DNA of 64,000 nt, taken from positions 3,264,001-3,328,000 of the forward strand of contig AP038806.1 of NCBI GenBank assembly GCA_047150005.1, read 5' to 3'. Made by a program: the position numbers and the translations under genes. The notes beneath the pieces are model-generated. The model saw nothing but the letters and a program-made list of their open reading frames with translations, was not told the origin of the DNA and did no database searches. The DNA is from Nitrospira sp. (lineage in GTDB: Bacteria; Nitrospirota; Nitrospiria; Nitrospirales; Nitrospiraceae). Positions 38,381 to 48,747 of this stretch are shown piece by piece (position 1 is the stretch's first letter; each line of letters starts with the position of its first letter).

Positions 38381-39064
38381 ATGAGGCGTATGGGAGGGGA
38401 TCCGATACAACGGCTGATGAGTCTGATGTTCAAGGCGCACCCCTGGCACGGGGTCTCCATCGGAGAGCGTGCGCCGGAGGTGGTGACCGCCTATATTGAA
38501 ATCGTGCCGACCGACACGGTCAAGTACGAGGTCGACAAGGACAGCGGTTTTTTGAAAGTCGACCGGCCGCAACGATTCTCCAATTTTTGTCCCGTCTATT
38601 ACGGACTCGTTCCGCAAACGTACTGCGGCGACAAGGTGGCCGGCCTTTTCTCGAAACGCGCGCGACGGAAGGGAATGGTCGGCGACCGTGATCCGCTCGA
38701 CATCTGCGTGCTGACGGAGAAAACGATCCCCCACAGCGACATTCTATTGACGGCGATTCCCATCGGCGGGTTCAGTCTTGCGGACGGCGGAGAGGCCGAC
38801 GACAAGATCATCGCCGTCATGAAAGAGGACGCGGCCTACGGGAGCTTTAAGGACATCGGGGACGTGCCGGTGTCGTTGATCGATCGCCTGCAGCACTATT
38901 TTCTCACCTATAAGCAGGCTCCCGGCTCCGTGCAGCATAAGGTGGAAATCACCAGTGTCTATGATCGGGACGAAGCGCTGAAAGTCATTCGGGCCAGTCA
39001 TGCCGACTATCGCATAAAGTTTCCTGAGTTGGAGTCCCTCTGGCCGGCTGGAATGGCCGGTTGA
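38381..39064 (+). CDS. ppa: Inorganic pyrophosphatase
   Basis: HPWHG, KYEVDK, YGLVPQT, DRDPLDI, DDKIIAV. Confidence 0.93.
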   Translation: MRRMGGDPIQRLMSLMFKAHPWHGVSIGERAPEVVTAYIEIVPTDTVKYEVDKDSGFLKVDRPQRFSNFCPVYYGLVPQTYCGDKVAGLFSKRARRKGMVGDRDPLDICVLTEKTIPHSDILLTAIPIGGFSLADGGEADDKIIAVMKEDAAYGSFKDIGDVPVSLIDRLQHYFLTYKQAPGSVQHKVEITSVYDRDEALKVIRASHADYRIKFPELESLWPAGMAG

Positions 39065-39175
39065 CGACGGTTCGCAGCAGCGAACGTCGGATGCGCCGAT
39101 GCTGCGAAATCGAACGCATGGGCGGAAGTGTCGACACATCCAAGGGTGCGAACCGGAAAGGCCTGATCAGACTCC

Positions 39176-40912
39176 ATGAAGATTGACCATACTCATCCTC
39201 CCGCCGCCCATACAGCCACGGGGTTTTCACCGGGTTTCGCCGCGCTCGGCCTCGAAGCGTCGCTACTGGCCTCGCTCGAGACCTTGGGATACGAGGAACC
39301 CACGCCGATCCAGCGGGAAGCGATTCCTCCGTTGCTCGCCGGACGTGATCTGCTCGGTCAGGCGGCGACCGGAACGGGCAAGACCGCGGCATTCACGCTG
39401 CCGATGCTGCAACGGATCGCGCATGGTGGCGGGCCTCGCCCGGCCGCGCTGGTGCTCGTGCCGACGCGAGAGCTGGCCATGCAGGTAGGCCAGGCGGTGC
39501 AACGGTACGGTCGCGAGCTGCGGACGACGGTGTTGCCGGTATACGGAGGTCAAGCCATCGGATCGCAGCTTCACGCGCTCAGGCGCGGCGTCGATCTCGT
39601 GGTGGCCACTCCCGGTCGTATGCTGGATCATCTTCGCCGGCAGCCGCAATTGCTGGCGCATGTTCGAATCGTCGTCTTGGACGAAGCGGATGAGATGCTC
39701 GATATGGGGTTTGCCGACGAGCTTGAAGCGATCTTCGGGCATCTTCCGGAGACCAGACAGACGGCATTGTTTTCCGCCACCATTCCGCCGCGTATCAAGG
39801 CGATCGCGCACCGGCACCTGCGGAACCCCGTCGAAATTGCGATTGCAAAGGAGACGGTGAAGCCGGGGAGCGCCCCGCGCGTCCAGCAGACGGCCTACAT
39901 CGTGGCCAGACCGCACCGGAATGCGGCGCTCGCACGGGTCCTCGACGTGACCGTACCGACCTCGGCCTTGGTCTTCTGTCGCACGAGGCTCGAAGTCGAC
40001 GAAGTCACCTCGATGTTGAACGCCCGCGGGTATCGGGCTGAAGCGATTCACGGCGGGATGAGTCAGACCCAACGTGACCGCGTGATGCAGTCCTTCCGTG
40101 CCGGTCAAACGGAGCTGTTGGTCGCGACCGATGTGGCTGCCCGTGGGCTGGACATTCCGCACGTGTCCCACGTCGTCAATGTCGACCTGCCGTCGTCCGC
40201 CGAAGTCTATGTCCACCGCATCGGCCGAACCGGTCGGGCCGGCCGGGAGGGCGCGGCCATCACGATCCTCGATCCCCGCGAGCAGCGGTTGCTACGGAGT
40301 ATCGAACAGCACACGAAAGGACAGGTCGTCGTCCTGCCGGTTCCGAGCGCCGCCGCCTTGCGCGCGAAGCGAATGGAGCGGGCCAAGGCAGCGGTGCTGG
40401 AGGTATTGCAGGCGGGAGATCTGGATCAGTTTCACATGGTCGTGGAGGCTCTGGCCGCTGCGAGCGATCCGGTCAAGGTGGCGGCCGCCGCCTTGCGATT
40501 GGTGTTCAGAGCGCAGGGTGGCGAGCGGCCTGAACAGGACATTCCCGCTCCGGTGCTTCCGAATCCTCGAACCCGCGATCGGGAGGCGCGTCCGGTCGGT
40601 CGCGCCCACTCCGAGTCGTACCGTGGAGCCGAGCTTCGCCGGGGACCGAGATCCGGTCATTCGACCCGACAGCCGGGCTCGTCCCGGGTGTATGTCGGAG
40701 CTGGACGAGAGTCCGGAATTCGGCCGGGAGATTTGGTCGGCGCGATCGCCAACGAGGCGCGGGTCAATGCCAAGGTCATCGGGGCGATCGAGATCGAGGA
40801 GCGCTTCTCGATCGTCGACGTGCCCGAAACGATCGCGCGGGACGTAGTGGAGGCGCTGAGCCGGACCAGAATCAAAGGGCGCAAAGTGCCGGTTCGACTG
40901 TTTCGGGAGTGA
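39176..40912 (+). CDS. DEAD-box RNA helicase with DbpA RNA-binding domain (DeaD/CsdA-like)
   Basis: Q motif, TGTGKT, PTRELA, DEAD, SAT, HRIGRTGR, IRPGDLVGAI. Confidence 0.93.
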   Translation: MKIDHTHPPAAHTATGFSPGFAALGLEASLLASLETLGYEEPTPIQREAIPPLLAGRDLLGQAATGTGKTAAFTLPMLQRIAHGGGPRPAALVLVPTRELAMQVGQAVQRYGRELRTTVLPVYGGQAIGSQLHALRRGVDLVVATPGRMLDHLRRQPQLLAHVRIVVLDEADEMLDMGFADELEAIFGHLPETRQTALFSATIPPRIKAIAHRHLRNPVEIAIAKETVKPGSAPRVQQTAYIVARPHRNAALARVLDVTVPTSALVFCRTRLEVDEVTSMLNARGYRAEAIHGGMSQTQRDRVMQSFRAGQTELLVATDVAARGLDIPHVSHVVNVDLPSSAEVYVHRIGRTGRAGREGAAITILDPREQRLLRSIEQHTKGQVVVLPVPSAAALRAKRMERAKAAVLEVLQAGDLDQFHMVVEALAAASDPVKVAAAALRLVFRAQGGERPEQDIPAPVLPNPRTRDREARPVGRAHSESYRGAELRRGPRSGHSTRQPGSSRVYVGAGRESGIRPGDLVGAIANEARVNAKVIGAIEIEERFSIVDVPETIARDVVEALSRTRIKGRKVPVRLFRE

Positions 40913-40942
40913 GCGGGATCGGGCTATCCTCTTGAGAAATCC

Positions 40943-40971
40943 TTGCCTTTTATTTCACGTATTTTTAGAAT
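40943..40971 (+). promoter_or_regulatory. Putative sigma70 promoter
   Basis: TTGCCT-N17-TAGAAT with AT-rich spacer. Confidence 0.5.
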
Positions 40972-40978
40972 GGACACC

Positions 40979-41311
40979 ATGTCGGGCCGGCGACTGTTTC
41001 CACGACATAGGATGTTGACTTGGCTCAGCGTCAGCGTGCTGGTGTTGGGCTTGACCTCCTTTGTCCTCGATCTCATCGGCAGTCATGAAGTCGAAGCCGT
41101 TTCCTGGGCTCAGCCGGTGGTGGTGGACGGAGAGGAGGTCGATCCGTCGGAGGACTTCACCAGTCCGTTCTCTTCGGATCATCAGGTCACCGATCATCTC
41201 GTCCTCACCGGGTCTCGAGTAGGACTCCACGCTCCGCCGTCGGTCACGCGGCGCCTCGTCCGTGACATCGTGTTCTTTGATCTGGCCTCTCGTCCGCCTC
41301 CCGTCCTGTAA
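40979..41311 (+). CDS. Hypothetical single-TM protein
   Basis: Hydrophobic N-terminus, C-terminal SRPPP; promoter-like element upstream. Confidence 0.5.
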   Translation: MSGRRLFPRHRMLTWLSVSVLVLGLTSFVLDLIGSHEVEAVSWAQPVVVDGEEVDPSEDFTSPFSSDHQVTDHLVLTGSRVGLHAPPSVTRRLVRDIVFFDLASRPPPVL

Positions 41312-41607
41312 TCTTCCGACATTGTGCTCGCTCGTTGCGCACGAACCGTTTCGGTGCGCAGAGTGCATCGCAGAATGGGTCCGCTGCCACAAGAAGCACG
41401 GACCATCCAAGAACTAGCACTCTCCGCGGCCCTCACCGGCGTTCCCGTCTTTCGGCGGACCGTTCTGCCTTCTCGTTCCTTCTCCGACATCTGTCCGCTG
41501 CCGACATCCGGATGATGAAGGGTTGACGCCCACCGTGGACGGATCGTAGTGTCATACGAAGCCGGACTGCACAACGATCCCGGACGGATTCGCGGAGGAT
41601 CAATACC

Positions 41608-43074
41608 ATGGTGGAAAAATCTGTCGAGCCGCATGTCTTTGTGATTCTCGGGGCGACCGGGGACCTGACTCGCCGGAAGCTGATGCCGGCCCTCTTTCAT
41701 CTGCGTACGATGGGTAAACTCGACAAGCAGAACACGCTCATCGTCGGCGCCGCCATGCCGGAGATAAGCGAGGATGCCTTTCGCTTGTGGGTCTACGAAG
41801 GTCTGCGGAATTCCGGCGCCCCCGATTCGTCGGATCTGCGGCGGTGGTGCGACGACCATCTGCATTACCTCACCGTGCACGAAGGTTCGCTAGCGGACTA
41901 TAAGGCTCTGGCGGCCCTGGTGACCCGATTGGAGAAAGGCCGCCTGCAGCCGGCGAACCGGGTCTTTTACCTGGCGCTGCCGCCCACCGCCGTGCCGTCC
42001 ACCGTCGAACGGTTGGATCAGGCCGGCCTGTTGAAGAGCGACGGGTGGGTACGCGTCGTGTTCGAGAAACCGTTCGGTCACGACTTGTCCTCCGCGCAAG
42101 GGCTCAATGCGCTCCTGCACCGTCATCTCGCTGAGGCGCAAATCTACCGTATTGATCATTACCTTGGGAAAGAAACGGTCCAAAATCTTTTGGCGTTTCG
42201 ATTCGCGAACCCGATCTTCGAAGCTTTGTGGAATCGGGATATGGTGGAAAGCGTGCAGATCACGGTCGCCGAAGACCTCGGAGTCGAGCACCGCGGGAGC
42301 TACTATCAGGAGGCCGGGGCGCTGCGCGACATGGTGCAAAACCACCTGACCCAGCTGATGACCGTCGTGGCCATGGAAGTGCCGGTCTCTTTTGACGCGG
42401 CGGCGATCCAGGCCGAAAAACTGAAAGTCCTCCAGTCCATCGCGCCGATCGATCCGCGGGACGTGGCCTTCGGTCAATACACCGCATGGAATGTGGCAGG
42501 CCATGTGATCCCCGGTTACCGGCAGGAGCGTGGCGTGTCGTCGGACTCGACGACGGAAACGTTCGTCGCGATGAAGATGGACATTCACAACTGGCGATGG
42601 CGGGGCGTGCCGTTTTATCTACGGACCGGCAAACGGCTGCCCCGCAAGCTTACGCAAGTGGCCGTCACCTTCCGCCCCGCTCCCTTTCAGGTCTTCCGTT
42701 CGCTCGAACCGGGAAGCCTTGACTCCAACCGGCTGCTGATCACGTTGCAGCCCAACGAGGGATTCGCCCTGTGCTTCTCGGTCAAGACGCCGGCCAGACC
42801 GCTGAGTTTCACGTCCCAGTCGCTGCAGTTCGACTATGGCAGGGCGTTTGGGGGTGAATTGCCCGACGCTTATGAAACATTGCTCCGCGACGTGATGATC
42901 GGTGATCAGACCCTGTTCGTCAGCGCGGATTTCACGGAGACGGCCTGGCAACTCTATGATCCGCTGCTGGCCGGCAAACACGACGTGCACTTCTATACGG
43001 CCGGCTCTTGGGGGCCGAAGGAAGCGGATGTTGTCGTGGAACGCAACGGGCATCGCTGGCAGTTGGGGTGGTAG
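41608..43074 (+). CDS. zwf: Glucose-6-phosphate 1-dehydrogenase
   Basis: GATGDL, EKPFG, RIDHYLGKE, LRDMVQNH, RTGK. Confidence 0.96.
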   Translation: MVEKSVEPHVFVILGATGDLTRRKLMPALFHLRTMGKLDKQNTLIVGAAMPEISEDAFRLWVYEGLRNSGAPDSSDLRRWCDDHLHYLTVHEGSLADYKALAALVTRLEKGRLQPANRVFYLALPPTAVPSTVERLDQAGLLKSDGWVRVVFEKPFGHDLSSAQGLNALLHRHLAEAQIYRIDHYLGKETVQNLLAFRFANPIFEALWNRDMVESVQITVAEDLGVEHRGSYYQEAGALRDMVQNHLTQLMTVVAMEVPVSFDAAAIQAEKLKVLQSIAPIDPRDVAFGQYTAWNVAGHVIPGYRQERGVSSDSTTETFVAMKMDIHNWRWRGVPFYLRTGKRLPRKLTQVAVTFRPAPFQVFRSLEPGSLDSNRLLITLQPNEGFALCFSVKTPARPLSFTSQSLQFDYGRAFGGELPDAYETLLRDVMIGDQTLFVSADFTETAWQLYDPLLAGKHDVHFYTAGSWGPKEADVVVERNGHRWQLGW

Positions 43075-43080
43075 GAGGTC

Positions 43081-44553
43081 ATGCCGGCCGAATCAGCCGC
43101 TTCCGTCACCACCAACATCCCTCAGCGCCTGGATCGTCTTCCCTGGTCGCGCTGGCATTGGCTGGTGGTCACCGCGCTGGGCGTGACCTGGCTCCTGGAC
43201 GGGCTGGAAGTCTCGATCGTCGCCTCGCTCGGGCCGATGTTGACGAGCACGTCGACGTTACATCTCACCGAATCCCAGGTCGGACTCACGGCCTCGGCCT
43301 ATCTCTTCGGATCCGTACTCGGCGCCCTGCTCTTCGCGTATCTCACGGACCGCCAAGGGCGAAAGAAATGGTTCATGATCACGCTGATGCTGTATCTGGG
43401 CGCCACCGTGCTGACCGCTCTCTCCTGGAACCTGGCGAGCTTCATGGTCTTTCGCTTTCTGACCGGTGCGGCCATCGGAGGCGAGTACGCGGCGATCAAT
43501 TCGGCCATCGACGAGCTGATTCCGGCGTCACGCCGGGGCCATACGGACCTGGCGATCAACGGCAGCTGGTGGCTGGGATCCGCCGGAGGCGCGCTCCTGA
43601 CCCTTGTCCTGCTGGACTCGGCCCTGTTCCCTGAATATCTCGGCTGGCGCCTCTGCTTTCTCTTCGGCGGTGTGCTCGGGGTGGGAGTGGCGCTGGTCCG
43701 GCGGTTGATCCCCGAAAGCCCCCGTTGGCTCATGACCCATGGTCGGGTTGCCGAAGCGGAGAGGGTGGTCTCCAGCATCGAGAGACAGGTGGTGCAGGAG
43801 CAGGGGCTGCTGCCGGAACCTCGGGGGACGCTCATCGTGCACCCGAGAACCCACGCCACGCCGGCGACAGTGGCACGGGAGCTCTTCGCGACCTATCCCA
43901 GACGGACGACGCTGGGCATTGCCCTCATGGTGACCCAATCCTTCATGTACAATGCGGTCTCCTTCACCTATCCGCTCCTCCTGACGAAGCACTATGCGGT
44001 GCCGGCCAACCGGGTTGGCTGGTACGTGGTGCCCTTCGCACTCGGCAATTTTTTGGGCCCCCTCTTGCTCGGTCGATGGTTCGACACGGTCGGGCGGAAA
44101 CCCATGATCACCCTGACCTATGCAGTGGCCGGTGCGCTCTTGGCCCTGACCGGCTACCTGTTTGCGCAGGGAGCCTTCACGCTCTCGACCCACATGGTGA
44201 TCTGGTCGCTCGTCTTTTTCTTTGCATCGGCGGGAGCCAGCGCCGCCTATTTGACGGTCAGTGAAATCTTCCCGATGGAAATCCGCGCGATGGCGATCGC
44301 CTTCTTCTTCATGATCGCCCAGGGGGCCGGCGTCCTCGCGCCTTGGCTGTACGGCAAGATGATCGAATCCTCAGTCGCCAGCGTCTCTTACGGGTATCTG
44401 ATGGGGGCGGGAATGATGTTCGCGGGGGCGGCGGCAGAACTCTGGCTTGGGGTGCAGGCCGAAGGGCGACCGCTTGAAGAGCTCGCCGCTCCTTTGTCGT
44501 CTCGAGGTACGACGGATAAGGCGGAACACGACATCAAGTCTGTACGGTCCTGA
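43081..44553 (+). CDS. MFS transporter (sugar-porter-like)
   Basis: TDRQGRKK, GGEY, PESPRWL, SEIFP; 6 nt after zwf. Confidence 0.9.
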   Translation: MPAESAASVTTNIPQRLDRLPWSRWHWLVVTALGVTWLLDGLEVSIVASLGPMLTSTSTLHLTESQVGLTASAYLFGSVLGALLFAYLTDRQGRKKWFMITLMLYLGATVLTALSWNLASFMVFRFLTGAAIGGEYAAINSAIDELIPASRRGHTDLAINGSWWLGSAGGALLTLVLLDSALFPEYLGWRLCFLFGGVLGVGVALVRRLIPESPRWLMTHGRVAEAERVVSSIERQVVQEQGLLPEPRGTLIVHPRTHATPATVARELFATYPRRTTLGIALMVTQSFMYNAVSFTYPLLLTKHYAVPANRVGWYVVPFALGNFLGPLLLGRWFDTVGRKPMITLTYAVAGALLALTGYLFAQGAFTLSTHMVIWSLVFFFASAGASAAYLTVSEIFPMEIRAMAIAFFFMIAQGAGVLAPWLYGKMIESSVASVSYGYLMGAGMMFAGAAAELWLGVQAEGRPLEELAAPLSSRGTTDKAEHDIKSVRS

Positions 44554-44833
44554 TCCGATAGGGAGACGGTGTGTTCGTCGCCGATGGTAGGCAGGTCCCC
44601 GGCGCTCGTGTGATCCGAAATTGGAACGGATCAAGGCTACGGCGGGAGCCTGTCCCAAACAATATGTCGAAGGGGTGAGCGGCGAGCCTGCCGTGCCGCA
44701 CTTCGTGTGAGCCGGCGGCTCATCGGGCGCAGCCCATCCTCATGGTCGCCGCCGGAGAGACACCTTCGTCCCCCGAACCTCGTCGAAGCGGCATATCGGC
44801 GGTTCCAGTAGAAGTCTTCGTGAATAATGCGGG

Positions 44834-44971
44834 CTATGAGGGTTTCAACAGGCCCCCTCGCCGGACCGATCGACGGTGCATCACTTGCTCGCGGACCAGC
44901 GAGGCGACAATGAACAGGGGGACGGCCAGAAGAAAGAGATACCATGCGGCCCATACGGTGACGTCGCGCAT
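44834..44971 (-). CDS. Small 45-aa single-TM protein (absent from ORF track)
   Basis: AAGGAGG RBS; MRDVTVWAAWYLFLLAVPLFIVASLVREQVMHRRSVRRGGLLKPS*. Confidence 0.55.
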   Translation of the reverse strand: MRDVTVWAAWYLFLLAVPLFIVASLVREQVMHRRSVRRGGLLKPS

Positions 44972-45252
44972 ATGGCCTCCTTTGCCTCTGGTGACCTACG
45001 CAATCACCGTACCGGAATGATCGTTGCGGGCATTGAGGATGCTTTTGTGCGAAGTTTCCGCTGGTTCAAGCCCTGTGCGCTGTCGAGTAATCGTTCGATG
45101 GCGCCCAAGCGTTGCGGTTGCCAGTCCACGAACGTCGCAAAAATACCACGTGGTGTGACCCTCCGATGACAGAGAGCCAGGGCATCGGGCTGCTTGCCTG
45201 GCAATCTTGGCGGGCGTAATATCGGAACCCTCACCTATTTAGAGGAGGTGCC

Positions 45253-46020
45253 ATGGCCGCCCGCACCATGTCCAGAAAACCTCGCCCTTCAATCGACCTC
45301 AGCATCGAGCGCATGCGAAAGCAGTTGGCGGATCTTGCGCAACATGTGAAGAAAAGAAAGCCGAGCCGCACCTTGGAGGAGTTTGATCAGGAAACCGTGC
45401 ATCTGATTGCCGATTCGCTCGGAGAATCCTCTCCGTTGGTGGACGCGTACGAGTATGCACAGTTGGGTGAGGCCGCAGGACTTGTCAACATGACGGAAGA
45501 AGCTCCGGAAAGTGTCGGTCTGGATAGCGAAAGACAAAGCCTGATGCAGCGGGGCAGAGTACTGGAAAGTTGCGTATCAGAATTGGAGGCCCGGCGAGCA
45601 GCAGTGCCCAAGAGACAATCCGGACGGCAGATTCTCACGGGACCGCAGGTGGCGGAACATATGTCCGCGCAATTGAGGAGTATTCCTCAGTCCGCCACGC
45701 TACGCGAAGCGGGCCAATTGATGCAGAAATGGAAAACCGGCTCTCTATTGGTGACCGACAGCCGGACTTACGTTGGATTGATTACGGATTCTGCTCTCGC
45801 GCGGGATGTCGTCGCCAACGGCCTTGACCCAACCAGGACTTCCGTGCAGACATGCGCGAGGACGCCGTTAGTCGCAATCCGCGGCGATCGTCCCCTCATT
45901 GAAGCGGTGCGGTTGATGAAAGAACAGGCCACGAGACATCTGGCAGTGGCGCAAGACGGGGAGATCATCGGGGTCATCTCCGTTTCGAATATTCTGCGGT
46001 ACTACTCGGGCGTCGTGTGA
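45253..46020 (+). CDS. CBS-pair protein with N-terminal helical domain
   Basis: RBS GGAGG; C-terminal CBS repeats (VGLITD, IGVISV). Confidence 0.85.
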   Translation: MAARTMSRKPRPSIDLSIERMRKQLADLAQHVKKRKPSRTLEEFDQETVHLIADSLGESSPLVDAYEYAQLGEAAGLVNMTEEAPESVGLDSERQSLMQRGRVLESCVSELEARRAAVPKRQSGRQILTGPQVAEHMSAQLRSIPQSATLREAGQLMQKWKTGSLLVTDSRTYVGLITDSALARDVVANGLDPTRTSVQTCARTPLVAIRGDRPLIEAVRLMKEQATRHLAVAQDGEIIGVISVSNILRYYSGVV

Positions 46021-46139
46021 CACAAAAAATGGGAGCTAACGGCGTATAGCCTATAGCACGAACGAACAAATTCTTGAACGCTCGTGCCGTACGTCATCAG
46101 CGATGTGACATAGGCTCTTATGAAGGGAGAGGAGGGACC

Positions 46140-46499
46140 ATGGGACCGACGAAAGCGATCATCAGGGATCAAGCCCTCTATGAAGCCGCTACGGGCAAAT
46201 TCATCAAGGACGGCTTCGCGAGCCGGCACGAAATCGAGGACTATGTCAAACATCATTATCTTGCCTTGCCGGTGATCGACAATGCGGGCAATGCCTGGCT
46301 GCTCGACGGCAAACCGATCTATTGCTATCGAGGCAGCCAATACGAAACGGTGGACGATCGACGCGTCCATCTGGCCCGTTGTCCGGACTGCGGAGGGATG
46401 GGGGTCAGGAGCGACGAATTTACCGTTGAATCCGATTGCATTCGCTGCGTGAGCTGCGGTCACGAGTTCGATGCGCGCTTGGAGATGATGGAGACGTGA
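46140..46499 (+). CDS. Hypothetical protein with C-terminal zinc ribbon
   Basis: RBS GGAGG; CPDC and CVSC. Confidence 0.75.
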   Translation: MGPTKAIIRDQALYEAATGKFIKDGFASRHEIEDYVKHHYLALPVIDNAGNAWLLDGKPIYCYRGSQYETVDDRRVHLARCPDCGGMGVRSDEFTVESDCIRCVSCGHEFDARLEMMET

Positions 46500-46593
46500 G
46501 GGGAGAGACAGGCAAGTTCTCGAAGAACCGTGCGGGGAAGCCGGACCGCAGCTCTTGGAGAATGTACAACACGCGAGCTGAGAAGGAGGCACC

Positions 46594-47625
46594 TTGTCGC
46601 AGGGGATCGATCGCCGACAGGCGCTGAGGTTACTCGGTTTAGCCGGTTCGGCGTTCGCTTTCGGAGGTTCTTCCGGGCTGGTTGATTTGCTTGCGCCGGC
46701 GCCTTCTTTGGCCGGTCCTTCCACGGGAAACATTCCCACTCGTGCCTTGGGAAAGACCGGCGTTCAGGTTTCGGCGATCTGTTTCGGAGGAGCCCATTTG
46801 GGTCGCGTCGAGGACGATGCGGAGGCCGTTCGGCTCCTCCATGAGGCCATCGACAGCGGGATCAACTTCCTGGACAATGCGTGGGAATACCATAGGGGAC
46901 GGTCCGAGGAGCTGATGGGAAAGGGGCTCCAAGGGCGTAGGCAGCAGGTCGTCTTGATGACCAAGCTCTGCTCGCATGGACGGGACAAGCATGTGGCGAT
47001 ACAGCAGCTTGAGGAGTCCCTGCGACGCCTCAAAACGGACTATCTGGATCTCTGGCAAATCCACGAAGTCGTGTATGACGACGATCCAGACCGGCATTTT
47101 GCCGAGGGAGGAGCCGCTGAGGCTCTGCTCCAGGCCAAACAGCAGGGCAAGGTGCGGTTTATCGGATTCACCGGCCACAAGCACCCTCGAATCCATCTGA
47201 AGATGCTCTCGCGCGATTTTCCGTTCGATACTTGTCAGATACCGCTGAATGTCTTCGATGCCACCTATCGAAGCTTCGAACAAGAGGTCCTTCCGGTGCT
47301 GAATCAGCGCGGCATCGCCCCCATCGGCATGAAAAGCCTGAGCGGAAGCGCCGAGCCCATCAAGCAGGGCATTCTCACGCCGGAAGAAGCGCTGCGGTAT
47401 GTATTGACGCTGCCGATCGCGTCCCTCGTGAGCGGGATGGATTCCAAGCAGGTCCTTCGACAGAATCTCGACATTGCCCGCCGGTTCAGTCCCCTCTCGG
47501 CCGTCGAAATGGAGGCCCTGCGGACGCGCGTGACTCGGTATGCTGTGGACGGCCGGTTCGAACTGTTCAAGTCCACAAATCGATATGACGGCCGGATCGG
47601 CCGTGAACAGCACGGACTCCCATGA
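46594..47625 (+). CDS. Aldo/keto reductase with Tat signal
   Basis: DRRQAL leader, DNAWEY, LKTDYLDLWQIH, GKVRFIG. Confidence 0.9.
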   Translation: MSQGIDRRQALRLLGLAGSAFAFGGSSGLVDLLAPAPSLAGPSTGNIPTRALGKTGVQVSAICFGGAHLGRVEDDAEAVRLLHEAIDSGINFLDNAWEYHRGRSEELMGKGLQGRRQQVVLMTKLCSHGRDKHVAIQQLEESLRRLKTDYLDLWQIHEVVYDDDPDRHFAEGGAAEALLQAKQQGKVRFIGFTGHKHPRIHLKMLSRDFPFDTCQIPLNVFDATYRSFEQEVLPVLNQRGIAPIGMKSLSGSAEPIKQGILTPEEALRYVLTLPIASLVSGMDSKQVLRQNLDIARRFSPLSAVEMEALRTRVTRYAVDGRFELFKSTNRYDGRIGREQHGLP

Positions 47626-47730
47626 CGGCCGCGACGGACCTCTCTTGCCCACGTTGGCGGCGTGATTCATGACGGCGGTGGGGGCGTTGCGCGCGTCGGT
47701 TCACCACTTCTGAAGAAGAAAGGGAGGAGC

Positions 47731-48744
47731 ATGGCGGCTCATCGGGTCAATCCAGCGAAGATTATGGAGATTGGGCTCGGATTTTTGGCTTCGAAGGCGC
47801 TGCTGAGCGCCGTGGAATTGGGACTCTTTACCGAGCTTCGAAAAGGTCCGTTGGAAGGAGAGGTGTTGAGAACGAGGTTGGGCCTCCACCAGCGAAGCGC
47901 GCGGGATTTCTTCGACGCGTTGGTGGCGCTGGGTCTGCTCAAACGCACCGGAATGCGGTACGCCAATACCGCGGACGCGGCATTCTTCCTCGATCGGACG
48001 AAACCGTCGTACGTCGGTGGGATCCTGGAGATGGCCAATGCGCGGCTCTACCGGTTCTGGGGGGCGCTCACCGAGGGGCTGCGCACCGGCACGCCGCAGA
48101 ACGAAGCCACGACCGGGGATGATTTTTTCGGGACGCTCTATGCCGATCCGTTCCGGCTCGAGAACTTTCTCAAGGCCATGACCGGCCTCAGCCTGGGAAC
48201 CGCCCAGGTTCTTGCGCGAACATTTCCCTGGAAACGTTACCGGACGTTCGTCGACGTCGGCTGTGCTCAGGGCGGGGTTGCCGGAGAAATCGCTTTGGCG
48301 CACGAGCATCTCACCGGCGCCGGCATGGATCTGCCGGTCGTTCAGCCGGTGTTCGACGCCTATGTGAAGGGCAAAGGCCTCGATCGACGGCTGCGGTTCC
48401 ACCCGGGCGATTTCTTCAAGGATCCGCTGCCTCGGACCGATGTATTGATCATGGGGCATATTCTCCACGATTGGAACCTGGACGAGAAGATGATGTTACT
48501 GCGAAAGGCTTACGAGGCGTTGGCTCCCGGCGGCGCGTTGATCGTGCACGAGGCCTTGATCGACGATGCGAGGAAGACGAACGCCTTCGGTCTGCTGATG
48601 AGCCTGAACATGCTGATCGAGACCCCGGGTGGCTTCGACTTTACCGGGGCTGATTGCTGTAAATGGATGAAGGAGGTCGGATTCAAGCGCACGAAGGTGG
48701 AGCGTCTGGCCGGTCCGGACGGTATGGTCGTGGGAGTGAAGTGA
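47731..48744 (+). CDS. SAM-dependent O-methyltransferase with dimerisation domain
   Basis: [24 protein letters not shown]. Confidence 0.9.
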   Translation: MAAHRVNPAKIMEIGLGFLASKALLSAVELGLFTELRKGPLEGEVLRTRLGLHQRSARDFFDALVALGLLKRTGMRYANTADAAFFLDRTKPSYVGGILEMANARLYRFWGALTEGLRTGTPQNEATTGDDFFGTLYADPFRLENFLKAMTGLSLGTAQVLARTFPWKRYRTFVDVGCAQGGVAGEIALAHEHLTGAGMDLPVVQPVFDAYVKGKGLDRRLRFHPGDFFKDPLPRTDVLIMGHILHDWNLDEKMMLLRKAYEALAPGGALIVHEALIDDARKTNAFGLLMSLNMLIETPGGFDFTGADCCKWMKEVGFKRTKVERLAGPDGMVVGVK

Positions 48745-48747
48745 GCG

